Source: Camelus dromedarius | Lineage: Eukaryota | Length of the DNA: 64,000 nt | Direction: 5' to 3' | Assembly: GCF_036321535.1 (NCBI RefSeq) | Contig: NC_087436.1 | Span: 34,598,001-34,662,000, forward strand | Part shown: in pieces, positions 24,496 through 38,245 of the stretch | Layout: every line of letters starts with the position of its first letter | How positions within the stretch are numbered: the stretch's first letter is position 1 | Program-made: the position numbers and the translations under genes | The notes under the pieces: generated by a model | Seen by the model: the letters and a program-made list of their open reading frames with translations, nothing else | Told to the model about the DNA's origin: nothing | Databases searched by the model: none

Positions 24496-25339
24496 GGGGT
24501 TCCCCTTTTCTCTTTTCTACCTGTTACTAACGCCACCACCAGCGACAAATGTTCTCCTGTGCGAACCTCTAACTCATCACCTGTATGTTTGCCTCAGGCT
24601 TCATCCAATATTTATCACCCTGTATGTATCTTGTCTCATTCCTTTCCCTTCTCTTTCTACTTTTGTTTTCCCATACCACCTACTTACTTTTACTCAGCCT
24701 TTTAGGATTATGAAATCACTTTAAAATGGTCATGTAAGCTGTTTCAGCAAATAAGAAAACATCACATTCCTTACTATAGTAATATGAAAGTTTCCTGCCC
24801 CAATGGTGACCCATCTAAGCACCTGATGACAGGGTAATAAATAGAGGGTAAATATTTCACACCTCTGTGGTAGCTCAGGCGAGGCATTGTCTGCTTCAAG
24901 ATGAAAGAGGTTATCACTTCCTTGAGATATTTGTGGGAAAAAAGAGAGAGTACCTTAACAGATTTTTGACTGTGGGTGTTTTATAGCTCCAGCTCTTAGC
25001 TGGCAAATAAGGATTGCTCAGTCATAGAGTTAAACCAGGATGCTAATTAAGGAGAAATAGAAACTAGTTGCTGTTGGGTTCAATACTATAGAAATTGATC
25101 TCCTGGCTATGCTTTAAAAAAAAAGTCCCAGCAGCAACAGCATTGTACTGTAACATTTCACAACATTCCACCGTAATTTGTTTAAACTAAAACTGGAGTC
25201 GTGATTACACAGCATCAAATTGAAGGATGCATCCACTGTTAGGTAAAGCGGGACTAGTCAGTCCAGACAGTGCAGAGCCAGTAGGGGCAGGAGACCGGGC
25301 ATCCTCATCTTCATCATCATCATTACACAGACCTTGTTA

Positions 25340-25520
25340 GATGACGGATGCCCTTCTAAGCAATCTGTACTCTTGACTCATTTAATTCCCTTAGAAGGCT
25401 GCAAGCTAGGTACCACCATTATCCCCATTTTAACACAAGGAAAATAAGACACTGAGAGACTAAATAATTGTCCATGTCAGGTGGGCAGATTTCATGTTCC
25501 TTATTCCTACACAAATATTT
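25340..25520 (-). mobile_element. MIR SINE
   Basis: 'attatccccattttaacacaaggaaaataagacactgagagactaaataattgtcc'. Confidence 0.6.
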
Positions 25521-28500
25521 AATCCTCTATTCAGAGTGGTATTTGGCTTGCCTAAAATTTCTATTGACAGTGTCCAAATAAAGAGCAGTGAGTCTATCAC
25601 AGAAGAGAACTTTCCATGCACGGAAATGCAGACACACACACAAACACATCTACTCTGTGCTAATGAGTAATACTTGTGCACTTGGCGGCTGAATAGGGAC
25701 GGCTAAGAGGCAGATGGGAAGCGACCTGAAAATGGAGGGTGGGGATCTGCATGTGGCCTGCAAAATTATTTGAATTTCATGCATTTTCTTAGAAAGAATT
25801 AAAAAAATGGGAGATGAGGTATAAAGGACAGAGCAAGGTCCTCATGGAGACAGAGGAAATAGAGACTGCAAATATAATTAGATACTTTCGCCTCCAAACA
25901 TGAGGCACAGACTTCCTCCACAATGGTAGAAAAGAAACAGCTGAGCAGGGGTTTGAACGCCACAGCGGTGATGCTCGAGGGGCACCTGGATGGAGGAAAC
26001 CCACCTCGGCAGCACTGACTTCTCAGTCAGGTAGAAGGAGCGGCTCTCTGCTGCAAAGTGTCAGTGCTCAGATAGAATCTGGAATTTAGGAAGAGAGGAA
26101 ATGAGTGGAAAACTGGGGCCACAACGCTTGAGGGTAACGAGTTATTAACAACAGTTGTGCTCTGCAGTTGGAGTGAGCCTGGTCTGAGCAGTTCTGACAC
26201 TCTTCAAAAACATGCCAGCTGTCAGGGTTTTGTTTTTTTTTTTTCTAGTAAATAACAATTTGCACATATATTTTATTTTAGAATACTCAAAATAAATTGT
26301 GATAGTGTCTGAGCTCCCAGAATACAATTGACATACAGTGAAATTGATCATTAAAGCCAGGAACCACATATATGTATAGAACATTTGTTTCAGCCCTCCT
26401 ACCCCGGACTTACTATGCTTTACTAATAGATTGAAGCCATGGTTTTCTGCTTAATTCACCAGGAAATTTTTATCTTGTTTCTAATCCTTTGAAAGTTTGA
26501 AAAATATAACTTTGATCATGATTCTAAGCTAAAAAGAAAGTGATGGGTAGTGCTGGGGAAATCGTTACAGAGTTAGAAGTCCTGGTTTACCAAGCTTTAA
26601 CATGTTCTTATTTTATCATAATGGGCAAGTAAATGACTTCATCTATATGAGCTACAGTGTTTTTTAAAAAACAAAAATAGGCCTGACAGAGTTTGTGGAA
26701 CAGAATATATGAGGTGATGAATATGAACGTTTCTGACACCTAAGTGACATTTAATAAAGGTTAGTTAATGTGCTGTTTGGCAATTTCCTCCTCAGTTTTT
26801 CACATATAATTAATTTTTATGTGTCAAATCATTTTGGAGTAAAGTAGTCCATAAATAAATAAATAAAATGATTAAATATATAAATAAATTGCATTTTATT
26901 TTTCAAATCCAATTTCATTCCATTTTACATTTAAAATGTTTTAATTTTTAAGTAAATACTCTTAATTTCAAACCTACAAGAAAACCCAGATTATTAACTA
27001 TACATGACATCTAATATCTTACCCTCTTCAGATTTTGTCTGACATGCGAAAACTGATTTTACCTTATGTAATTGATATAAAATTTGATACCATGGAACAA
27101 AAACCTTAGGGCTGAATACAATGCTTTTGGGTGAACTGGTAGACAATTAAATAATTTTTACTCTCTTACACCTACACAGTTCATTTCTTATTTCATAAAA
27201 CATATCAAATATTATGTGGGGACTTTATGTTCTTATGAACTCTTGAACCCACTGAGCTCATAAGACTGGAATTCCAATGAGTTAGAGATCTACTCCATTT
27301 AGTATGTCCACAAACCCTTCCCTCATACTGCCCCCTTCCCTCCAGGGGCAGGACATTGCTTACTTTCAAGTAAAAATCTAATCTTTTATTAGGCTACCTT
27401 AGGGTCCTGTGGTACCAAATAGCCTTAAGTAAAAGAAGGAAATAAACCTCATGCCTCATATATATATATTATCATATATATCTGGTATCATTTATGTATA
27501 ACCTTATGTATTTACCTAGAATTATCTTCTGTATTTATATATACAATATACACATTTATACATCTATATATTCATATACACGTCATAAACACACACACAT
27601 ACCCCAACAAACCAACAAATTCATGGTTGGAAACCCTCACCTTTAAACCCATACTATAAGACTTCTTTAATATAAAGCACTTAACTAAATGCCTAGATGG
27701 TTGCTGCAAATAAATCTTGCCTTCTTTAACCATGGACTGAGAAATCAATAGTATACCTATTTTAGGGTTTGTAAAAAGAGGAAGACAGAGCGCCAATACA
27801 GTACAATCTATTTTTAATACGTAGAGCAAGGCCAGAGAACGTCAGTATCAATGCATCACATCTGTCACAGTGCTGACAAGTTTTATTAAAGAAGGGTATG
27901 CTTAGAATATGGTATGAAGAAAGCAAATACCCACTATACATATTGTGCTCTGAACGCACAGGAAGAAATCTCAAATGTCTTTCATATGTTTCCTGACACC
28001 CTTGGGTTGGAGTAAAACTTGAACAAATATTAATGGGGACCTGCTATATGACAGCACTCTGCTGGTGCTGAGAATAGAAAAATAAACACAAATCTCTACC
28101 CTCAAGGTGCTTAAAAAGCACTGCTTTCTTCCTTTTTGGAGAGAAATATTAAAACCCCAGTAAACAAAATCCTCCATGGTTTTGAACGGACTGCAGAGGG
28201 GTAGTACGCAGATCTTGTGCACATTTGGTAGATAAGATAGACTAGCAGACTCCCCAACAAAGCCAAGTTCAGGTTCAGGGAGATAAAAAGAGGAACATTG
28301 TCTGTTCCCTATCTGGAAAGTTTCTAAAAACAGAAATGCTAATTTGTAGACTGTTCTTTCCCTATACAAACACCTGCCTGGTAAAGACTCTGACCCACAA
28401 GTCCATGTAAACCTTCATGTTCTCCAGGAAATCCCTTTCAATCAAGTAAGGGTTAAAAGAATATATTCTTGTCTCTAAAACACAAGATACTTAATTTCTC

Positions 28501-30986
28501 TGCTCTGTTAATGTTTCCAACTTCCTCTCACCGCACAGTTACAATTAGACACAGATGATGTACTTGTTCTTCTTGGCTCCTTAGACCATAAATATATGGC
28601 CAAAGTCAGGACTGAATGTGTTTGTTCTGTAAACATCTAATATGCTGTGGTTATTCCATAAGACAGACCTACGCTGTCCATACATTCTTTGGTTTTTTAA
28701 TACTGGTTATCAGATGACAAAGAACAGCATCAATTCACTACAGAATTAGGATCTGTTCAACCGATGGGAAATTTTAAAATATGAGTAATTAATAAAATAT
28801 GATATATGTATGAAGTATAAACACAAAGATGACAGTCATTAGGCCCAGTTCACAGGAAGGGGCTGGGACTTAACTGGTCATGAATACCGAGAGGTAGGGA
28901 CAATTGGGAACTATTTGGAAGCAGATTACCACAGTCATTTAATAAAAATGAATGTGATTTTTTAAAATGTATCATCCAAGGGTGGTTTTGGACAGAGACT
29001 TTTGTATAACATGTTTCTATGGATCAATTTTAGTAATACATCTGAGAAGCATATTATTTTAAAATAATATGCTGTATTTTAGAGTCTTTAACCTTGAAGT
29101 TATTGGTAATACATAATATAGTATTAGTGATTTCATAATACAGAAAATATTTTGATTACAAATCTCACATCTCTAGCTTATTTGAATGTAGGAATGAAAA
29201 TCCACATTAAAATTAACATCATTTTTTAGTAAAAATATGAACTACTCTTTCCCAAGCTAAATTAATCTGGAAAAATAATATTCATGGTAAAAATAGCACA
29301 ATTATAGGAGCTTTCATTGATGCTACCTCCATCTGCCTTTTAAGTACTGCAGCACATGTCATGCCCCATGGAAATGTAAGTTGAATTGCTTTTTAAACAT
29401 TTCTCATATTTATTTTGGATGTCAAGTGGGATAATAAATGTCTAGCTATTGACAGCTGGATACTATGAGGCTATAGGTAATAAAGTAATTTTGTACTATA
29501 TTCCTGCAGTAATGTAGATTTCCCCACACCAGCCCAAGAAGATGTGTTTTGGATTTATATGGTGCTCTGGCCATCAGAAAGCCTCATAGTAACATCCTTT
29601 GGAAAGAGTCAAATGGTATAATTAAAAATATAAAGGTCACACTTGTGTACTTTCCTTAAAATATTACTGCATGAAGCCATGCTAACTATGAATTGGGTTT
29701 TTAACCTGTAAAATAATGAGTAAATTTCCTTAGCACCCTTAAAACTTGAGTAATAGAAAATAGAGCCATTGACAGTAATCTCAAAACATGGTAATAGGTG
29801 GGACGGTAATGGGATGGATAAAACCAGATAAAGTGCTGTCCTGGAAATTAATGTTTAAAGCTTGGAATCCTCTGCTGCAAACTCCAAAAAATGAACATAA
29901 AAAAAAGAGAGTCGATTATAACCAGAACGAATGCATTTTGTTAATAACAGAACACTTCTCCGGGCAAGGGCTTTGCTGATGATTAGAGCTTATTAAGGAA
30001 AAAGTTTGCTTTTATCTTGAACTATCTATTTCTTGAAATAATGATCCTTTTTGTTTTTTACAATTTCTCATGTCACAGTTATCTCCCAGGTCTCACTCTC
30101 CTCTCCCATCTTGGAGACATGACGTGCTGGGCACATAATAGATCAATTGAGGAATCAGAAATTGTAAAAACTCCTGAGTCAGGACAGCAGAAGTCAGGCA
30201 GTGCCTGTTACGCTTCTTCATAACTTCCCGTTAAAATACCATGGAGACGTTAAAAAATGAAGGAAGCACGAAATACTTTTGAACGTAAGAATAATGCCTA
30301 TTATTGGATATCTTCTATTAGCTTACTTAAAATGCTTAAGCCCAACTTAAAGAACTTGAGTAAAGGGGCAGAAAAAAGCAAGCAGACCAGCAAACAAAAA
30401 CACACAACACATACACTAAATCTGGGGTGGGGGCACACTGGGTTTTGTTAATCCAACCACTCTCACTAAAGCCAAGCTCTAGTCCAGGGCAACTCCTTCT
30501 TTTGTTCGATTCTAATATAATTCATAAGCCTTATAACCATGACATATGGCAGGTCTTGACATTAACGTCATATTATTGTTAACATATATTTGGAGACTAG
30601 CTCTCAGGGGTGAGCGCTGTGACTACAAAGAGAACTTAACTATAATCCTTCTCTTAAAACAATTCAGGCTTTCATGTTACATTCCCATTTAAGAACGGGC
30701 AGTTTCTCTTATTGCTTATGAAATAAACATCAAACTCTTCTCTCAGCTTCCCACAATCTGGCCCTGTTAAATTTCTCTCAATTTCCTCTCTTTACCCCTC
30801 AACATTGCCCTAAAAGATTTCCAGAAAAACTTGACATAAAATTTAAGCATCACCCATCTATCAGTCATGAAAGATCAGTGCTTGTAAAGGACAATTAAGA
30901 AAATGGATAGGTTTTATTCATTGATTCTTTCTTTTGCTTCTCTTTAACAGTTGACAAATCCTAATTCTAAAGGAAAAAGTCTCTTC

Positions 30987-31016
30987 TGTGTGTGTGTGTG
31001 TGTGTGCGCGCGCGCA
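30987..31016. repeat. (TG)10(CG)4CA alternating purine-pyrimidine tract
   Basis: Seen directly. Confidence 0.95.
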
Positions 31017-32779
31017 TCAGGTAGATCTAAGCTTTGACCAATTTGGGATGCCTACGCCACCAACCCTTACTGGTTTTCAGAGCTCCTCATGTGGAGAGAG
31101 AGCTGAGAGACAGACAATCCACAGCATGGTTTCAAGTACTGTGAACTTTGACAGTTACACAAAATTCCTCTTTTTCCACAATTGCTTCCAGTTAATGCCA
31201 TCTATCTCTAAATTGAGGCTCACCAAAATGGGTGCTATGGTTATATATCCTGAACAGAAATCAAATGTTACCTTTAAGCAAGTACTGTAAGGGGATAATA
31301 AACTCTGAACTAAATGTACAAAGGAATGAAAAATAAGACATTTAGCCAACATCTGCAAGGAAAAAAATTTTTTTCAAAGGAAAGTTATGGGGAAAAATAG
31401 CTTCTTGATTCTCATCAATGTGTCATTCAGAAAACATCAGCTATCCTTTAAAAGTTAAACTGTCTTTCCCTCTCTTAAAATCACCAAACATTTCCTCTGT
31501 TCTTGCTGGCATTTTCCCTTCTTGCTTACCCTGCAGTTAATTAACCATTTTAGTGTTTATAAGACTTGTAAAAAATAATTTTCATACTTGGATTCCAACC
31601 ATACTTTAATTGAACTATAAAAACTAAGCTTTTAGATCATCAAATAAATCAAATTTCTATAAAATAGAGAGCCTCTAGTGATGCCTGAATCTTTTTTTCC
31701 CTTGCTTTTGAAAGAGAAATAAAGAAAATATGCTTAGTTATTTTCCCTTTATCAAAAAAAAAAAAATCCTAGGATATGAGAAAATGAAAGGCATATTAAA
31801 AGACTGAATTAAATATCAGCAAAATACAGCTATGATCTAGGTATAGAGCACAATGCAGCCATGAAAAGAAACACAGGCCTAACGTGCCCAGACATTAGCT
31901 AAAACTGCAGAAAGCCTCAGGCATGAGATTTTAAAGAAATGTGTAAAGTCTACTCCTTTTTTTGTATAATTTAATCAATATCTGGGTTGATAAAGATGTT
32001 GATAAGCAAAAATGATGGCGATGTCATTGAGGGGGGCTGATCAGCCATTAGGCAGAGCCCCAAGGGGTGTCATGGCTTTGGTGAGATCATCTTTGTCAAG
32101 GCTCAGTTCTCCCAAGCTTTAAAGTCCAGAATCATTCTTAATACTGTAGCCAGTAGGGATCAGTCTTTCAGGGACTGGCTCAGACTAGCCAGACGCAAAA
32201 GAAAATAGAATCAGAAATGCCCAGGAAAGGAATAACGTGACCATCGGAAGATCATTTGCAGAAAGGCTATGGTAGGAAGCCAAGCGAGAAAGAGGATGCT
32301 GTGCTGTGAACACGGACTCAGAGGCGGCACAGTCAGCAGGATGATGCCTTGGCTCTCGTCTTCCAGCTCCTCACCTGAAGCTCTCTTTCCCCACTTGGCT
32401 TCGAGGCTGCTGAATGGAATCAACGGTAACAAGAGCATTCATGAGCACAGCCTCCTGGATAGAGCTAGATTTTGCTCTTCCTGCTGCTTACCTGGGAGAC
32501 TGCTGATTAGCATGGTTGAACTTACTCACCATCATCTATCAAGTGTTTAATAGTTTCTCTCTCTGAGTTTAGAGGTGCATAAGCAGTATCCCTATCCATC
32601 ACAAAGAAAAGGAATTTGAGTGTTTTTCTAGAAGGTACATCTGCCTTTTTCTTCTGAGGGAAAAACATAGTTCTCCTTTGTCTGATCTAATCCTTCTGTC
32701 TTTCTGCCAGACGTTATCATGGTCTGCTCCAAAACTCGACCTCCATCATTCACTTTTCTTTGGTTTGTTCTTCTTCCTT

Positions 32780-33475
32780 TCTCAATCTACTGGTTATTCC
32801 CTTCTCTACTTAAACAAGTTCAGCTCTCTGGAACTTAAAGAAATCTTCCTGGGCTATTTACTCCCCTCCAGCTAGAATCCACTCCTTGTCAAACCTCCTT
32901 AAAAAAGAAGCCTATGTCTCCACTAATAGCCTCACAATCAGTTCAATTTTAACACCACTCTGTGGAAACCATTCACTCTAAATCACCAACACTTTCCTAA
33001 GTGCAAAATCCAATGGGGATTGGTTCCTTCTGTGGCTTTGTTCAGTGGTCGCCACGCCTTCCATTTTAATGTCTTGGCCTCCTTTGGTTTCTCTAAAAGG
33101 TACTGACTCTCCAGCTTACTCAGACCACTGCACAGGGTGCTTCCTTCTTGCCTTCATTTCCTCTGCTGCGCTTTCATTTTCACTAATCCTCACAGTTTTA
33201 CCTTCGTCCTTCTCTCCTGCTGCTTACTTTCCCTGAGCCATCTGATTAATTGTCATGACTTCAACCAGCAGCTTTTCACTCATGAGGTGGCCAAGCTCCA
33301 GCTCACCTCCTAAGCTCCGGATTTCTATATTTGGCAGCCTGTTTGACACCCCACCAAATGAGCAATTTATAATAAACATTACAAAATGAAGTTCATCTTT
33401 TTCTTCCAAATCTTCCTCTTGTGTCCTATACCCAGTCTCAGTGAATGACTTTGCCATTTACTCAGCCATCCAAGC
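32780..33475 (+). mobile_element. L2 LINE fragment
   Basis: 'aaatcaccaacactttcctaagtgcaaaatccaatgg', 'ccagctcacctcctaagctccggatttctatat', 'tctcagtgaatgactttgccatttactcag'. Confidence 0.7.
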
Positions 33476-34975
33476 AGCATATGAGAAAAAAAAATTCTAC
33501 ACAAGTGTTAAGGAAAAAAAAGTGATACATTTTAAAGTCCAATTAGAGATAATGAAGCATGACCTCAACATCTAAAACCCTTAGAAGTGATCAGAAGTCT
33601 CATTTGCCACTGTTTTGATTGCTGGAGATTTTTACTGCCATCAGGAAATAGAAATAAATTCTAAATTAAACTACCCACTGCTCTTTTACTTAGAGTGACT
33701 CTCATTTACCCATTTGAGTAATATTTTAAGGCTTTTCTGCCCTTGCTAGATCTGGGTCAGTGTAAAGTATTAAACAATAGCCTCTAATAGCTTTTCTGAG
33801 TCTTCTTAAGCTGCAATTAAAGGTTCAAAGCCATACTCCTGTCTCATACTTTCATTTATTTTCCTTTATTCCTCACTAAAACTTGTGTATCTTCTATTGT
33901 ATCTTCCATTTCACTGTAAATTGCAAGGTTAACAATGTTTTCGTCATCTGAAGTTTTAGAGTCAATTTGTCCACAAGACCCAATTTATTGTATCAAGTGC
34001 TCTGTTCCAACTCATTACTATGTAAAGTATAGTGTTTTTCAATCTGATAAATCTTATATGCTTTAAAAAGGTCTTTTAAGCATGATCACACTATGCCTCT
34101 TAATATCGTTGATATGAAATATGTGATAAAAGCTCAGGTGGAGCAAGTCTCTTGGAAGAGAGTCTGATGAATGTGAAAGAACCAGATATTTATAATCTGA
34201 AATGTTCATCTTTTCTGAGCTTGAAGTCGTTTCACAGGATTGACCTGTCAAAGCATTTTATAAAATTGTGAAAAATGATACAGACCCTTTGTCCCTATCC
34301 CGTCCTGGGAACACTGTCCCTTGAGCAAACTGCACCTCAGTCCCACGGTTCGTTGAGCACAAATGAGATACTTCTCAGGATGCGAGCCCCAAGCTTCCGG
34401 ATGAGATCAATCATCCCTTTGTTCAGGGGAGGTGTTCCCGAGGCCAGTCCTCACATTTGTATCATTCTTTGGCAGTTGGTTCCTTGTTTCTGTTTGTGGG
34501 TTGATTTCTCTGGTGACTTCAGAATAGTTCTTCAAGTGAAAAAGCAAAGCAGTCCACTAAAGCAACCGACATAGGTGGGTTGAGTCTTACTTCCATTTCT
34601 GTGGAAGAGCATTTGTCACTCAACAAATGCACCCACAAACAAAACTGACATCTTATTTCTGAGAACAAATATAAATTGCCAGCAAAATGAAAAAGAGCTG
34701 TAAACTTTCTAGAATGTTTATGTTGTACGTGTATGTGTGTATAAATGCAGATATGTATGTGTAAGCTACTATGGTGTCTGTCTGAAACAGCTTTAAGTAT
34801 TTAAACTTCTTGAGCTATAATTCATAAAACAGGCCATATGACACCAGTTAAAACATGACATAAAGCAAATCTTTCTGGGGGCCTACTTGATGTCTTCTGG
34901 TTGGTATTTGATTTGGTTGGTAGTGGATCCAAAGAGGTATCTATGTCTGAAAAGACCATCAAATTATACCTAACA

Positions 34976-35187
34976 CGGTTGAGCCGGGAACAACACAGGT
35001 TTGAACTGGGTGGGTCTACTTCCATACAGACTTTTTTCCACTAAATACCTACCACGGGATGTGCAGTTGGTTGAATCTGCAGTGTGTTGCATCCACAGAT
35101 GTAGAAGGTACAGACAAGGAGGGCCAGTTATAAAGCTACATACGGATGTTTGCACTGTTCGCAACCACATTGTTCCAGGGTCAACTG
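34976..35187 (+). mobile_element. Tigger2/MER8-family MITE (TcMar)
   Basis: Degraded TIRs 'cggttgagccgggaacaacacaggtttgaactg' and 'ttgttccagggtcaactg', followed by TA. Confidence 0.85.
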
Positions 35188-35997
35188 TACATAAAATAAA
35201 CACCTAAAACTCCGGGATTTAACTCTGAGGAATTTTTGGCCAATGAAACAGTTTTATCCTATCATGTAAGCCATTGTTTAATCGATCTGAATGATTCTGT
35301 TGAAATCTGAAAAAAGAATACAGGTATGACTCATCTTTATCCCCATCAGAACTGCTAGCATTCTTTTTTTTTCGCCCCTAGCTTTAAATGCCAACCTGTC
35401 AGGGTGTAGCAGCCCTATATTTCTTCTTTCTCAGATACACACTTATTATTAACTGGAAAAACCTAAATACATAAAACAAACCTCTTCCGTGAATATTGTT
35501 TGACAATTTAATGATGAAAGCAAAGAAATGTTTTTCATGTCGGCAGAATCTTGTTCCAAATTCTCAGTCTAATCATTTCCTTTCTTGTTAAGCTAACAAC
35601 GTCTAGAAGCAGCATTCAACTATAGAAGGAAGGCAACTTTTATTTGCTGAGTATCTACTCTGGGCCAGAAACTTTGCACTTACTACCTTGTTTAATTCTT
35701 GTAACAACTGTGAAAGATGGATGTTTAATTTTCCTTTGTTTAGAAATTAAAAGAAATCCAGAGAATGAAATCCATGCTATACCGTAAGAAACCAGGAAGC
35801 CAAGATGCCAATCTGTTTCTGCCTTGTGTCCAAGACATGTTCTTCCTACCTCAGCCGGGTGAAGCATGCAGAGAGGAGCTGCTGAGGTTTACAGAATTAT
35901 TTTCCTCAAGAGCCCAGTGAGAACCAAATCTGGACTGGGTAGTTCTCCTCAGGATTATTCAGGGAAATGGACATCCCTCCTGGAGCATGCAGATCTT

Positions 35998-36587
35998 TTC
36001 TTTTCTTTTCTTTTTTTTTTTAACATTTTTTATTGAGTTATAATCATTTTACAATGTTGTGTCAAATGCCAGTATAGAGCACAATTTTTCAGTTATACGT
36101 GAACATATATATATTCTTTGTCACATTTTTTTCTCTGTGAGCTACCGTAAGATCTTGTATATATTTCCCTGTGCCATATCTATTCTTGTTTATCTATTCT
36201 GCATTTTGAAATCCCAGTCTGTCCCTTCCCACCCCCCACCCCCTTGGCAACCACAAGTTTGTATTCTATGTCTATGAGTCTGTTTCTGTTTTGTATTTAT
36301 GTTTTGGTTTTTTTTAGATTCCACATATGAGCGATCTCATATGGTATTTTTCTTTCTCTTTCTGGCTTACTTCGCTTAGAATGACAATCTCCAGGAACAT
36401 CCATGTTGCTGCAAATGGCGTTATGTTGTCAGTTTTTATGGCTGAATAGTGTTCCATTGTATAAATATACCACAACTTCTTTATCCAGTCATCTGTTGAT
36501 GGACATTTAGGCTGTTTCCATGTCTTGGCTACTGCTATGAACATTGGGGTGCAGGTGTCATTTTGAAGTAGGGTTCCTTCTGGATAT
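35998..36587 (-). mobile_element. Young 5'-truncated L1 with perfect 17-bp TSD
   Basis: TSD tggagcatgcagatctt at 35981-35997 and 36588-36604; poly-T tail. ORF 36314..36631(-) reads L1 ORF2 C-terminus 'TCTPMFIA..KTWKQPKCPSTDDWIKKLWYIYTMEHYSAIK'. Confidence 0.96.
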
Positions 36588-36879
36588 TGGAGCATGCAGA
36601 TCTTAAACCATCTTCTGAGTATGGGTGTCACACATGGACCAGTTCAGACTGAGTTCCAGAGATGATCAGGAAAGGGGATCTTTCATCTCATGGTCCTTCT
36701 GTGCTGTCTGGAGAGGGTTTGCTTCTTTTTCTTGTCCTTGACAGCAGCTATTACAAAGGTCCAACACTATAACTTTCTTTTCTCTTCTACTTCAAAGAAA
36801 ACAGAGAATATGCAACATATACCTTTTCAACTTCCGTCTTCTAATCCTCCAACCTTATTCAGGTGCAGCTATGACTTCC

Positions 36880-37440
36880 TCTTGTCTCCTATCACAATGT
36901 CAAATTTGCCCACCATGCTTTTACATCTCTGCTGCCCAACTTCTCCTGCCTTCTCTGGGACCACCCTCATTTTTCTAGCCTATGTTCTGTGTTACCACCT
37001 CCCACAACAGCATTTAAACATTTGAATTTTCTCATAATAAAACAAATAACCAAAGTCACATCTTCCTCCATCTGCTGCCCAAATTTTTGCTTCTACTTTA
37101 TAATCAAATTTCATGAAAGAGTCATTTACTTTCTCTTGCTGCGTTTCCTCCAGTAGGGTCTTCAAAATCTTGAAATCTGATTTGTAGCCATACTACTCCA
37201 CTGAAGTTCTTCCCGTTAAAGCCACTGACGGGTTCATGTGGCTTTAGACCAGGTCTCCGCCAGCCATCACCTTCCGTGAGCTCTGGGCTGTGTCTGAGGA
37301 CGCTGACCTCTCCTCCTTCTGCCACATGCTCTCGCCTTGCCTTCCCCGTGGCTGAACACTCTGCATCCTCCTCGCAGCTTTCTAGTGGCTGCTTCTCCTT
37401 TGCATTTATATCATGATTTTTCTTTACCTCTGAACACTAC
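36880..37440 (+). mobile_element. L2 LINE fragment
   Basis: 'acagcatttaaacat', 'gaaatctgatttgtagccatactactccactgaagttcttcc', pyrimidine-rich L2-like tract. Confidence 0.6.
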
Positions 37441-38084
37441 AAGTCCCTGGGAGAGATGACTATGGAAAGTAAAAATTAATATAATGCTTGTCTTTAGCTT
37501 TAGATTTAGGGGAATATATAAGATTGATATATACGTATGGAGAGAGAGATGTGAGGGGTTCTTAATGGCCACCCAGGATTAATCAAATATAGGAAGAAAT
37601 ATATAGACAAGGGCATTGTAGCTCAATAAAGTAATGGGCATTAGAGATAGCTCCTGAGATGCTTATCATTCTGTTACAGCCCATATTTCTTTCATGTTAG
37701 TTAGCTCATGTAATGGGTAAGCAGGAAAGGTGACACCAGTGTAATATGAAGTCGAGTAGTTTCATAAACAAATGTTCCTAGGCAAGGGAGGCTGCTAGAG
37801 CAGGAATAGAATGATAATATTTATTAGGAAAGGAAAAACTTTTATTTTGACTATTGCACAGGTAAGAATATTTTTAGCTGTATTGTAAGAAAATTAGTAA
37901 CAAACTGCTTCCCTGGGACTCTCATCCCAGAACAGCACTCCTGAGCTTAGCTCTCTCTGCTGGTTTCTCTTCCTCCAAAGGGCAGAACTTCCCTTGTATC
38001 TGCATCGTCTCAGTGGCCCCCAGTCCCTGTTCCTACTTTGTTGTTTTTGTGCCTATTTGATATCCCCAAGATAGCATCCCTGGG

Positions 38085-38245
38085 CTGTTATTTTGTAACA
38101 TAACAATTGTTGTTTTCATTGTTGCTTTGGTTATAAAATTGCATGGGTTTGGGGAAGTCTTTCCCCAAGCCCTATTTTCCCATAGGACTTAATATTTTTC
38201 TGTATGATTTTTCAGAACACAGAGATTTTCGGGAAGGCACACCTG
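38085..38245. mobile_element. Old TcMar-Tigger-like MITE fragment
   Basis: Internal inverted repeat gggtttggggaa-gtct-ttccccaagccc plus 'ttttcccatag...gattttcgggaaggca'. Confidence 0.4.
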
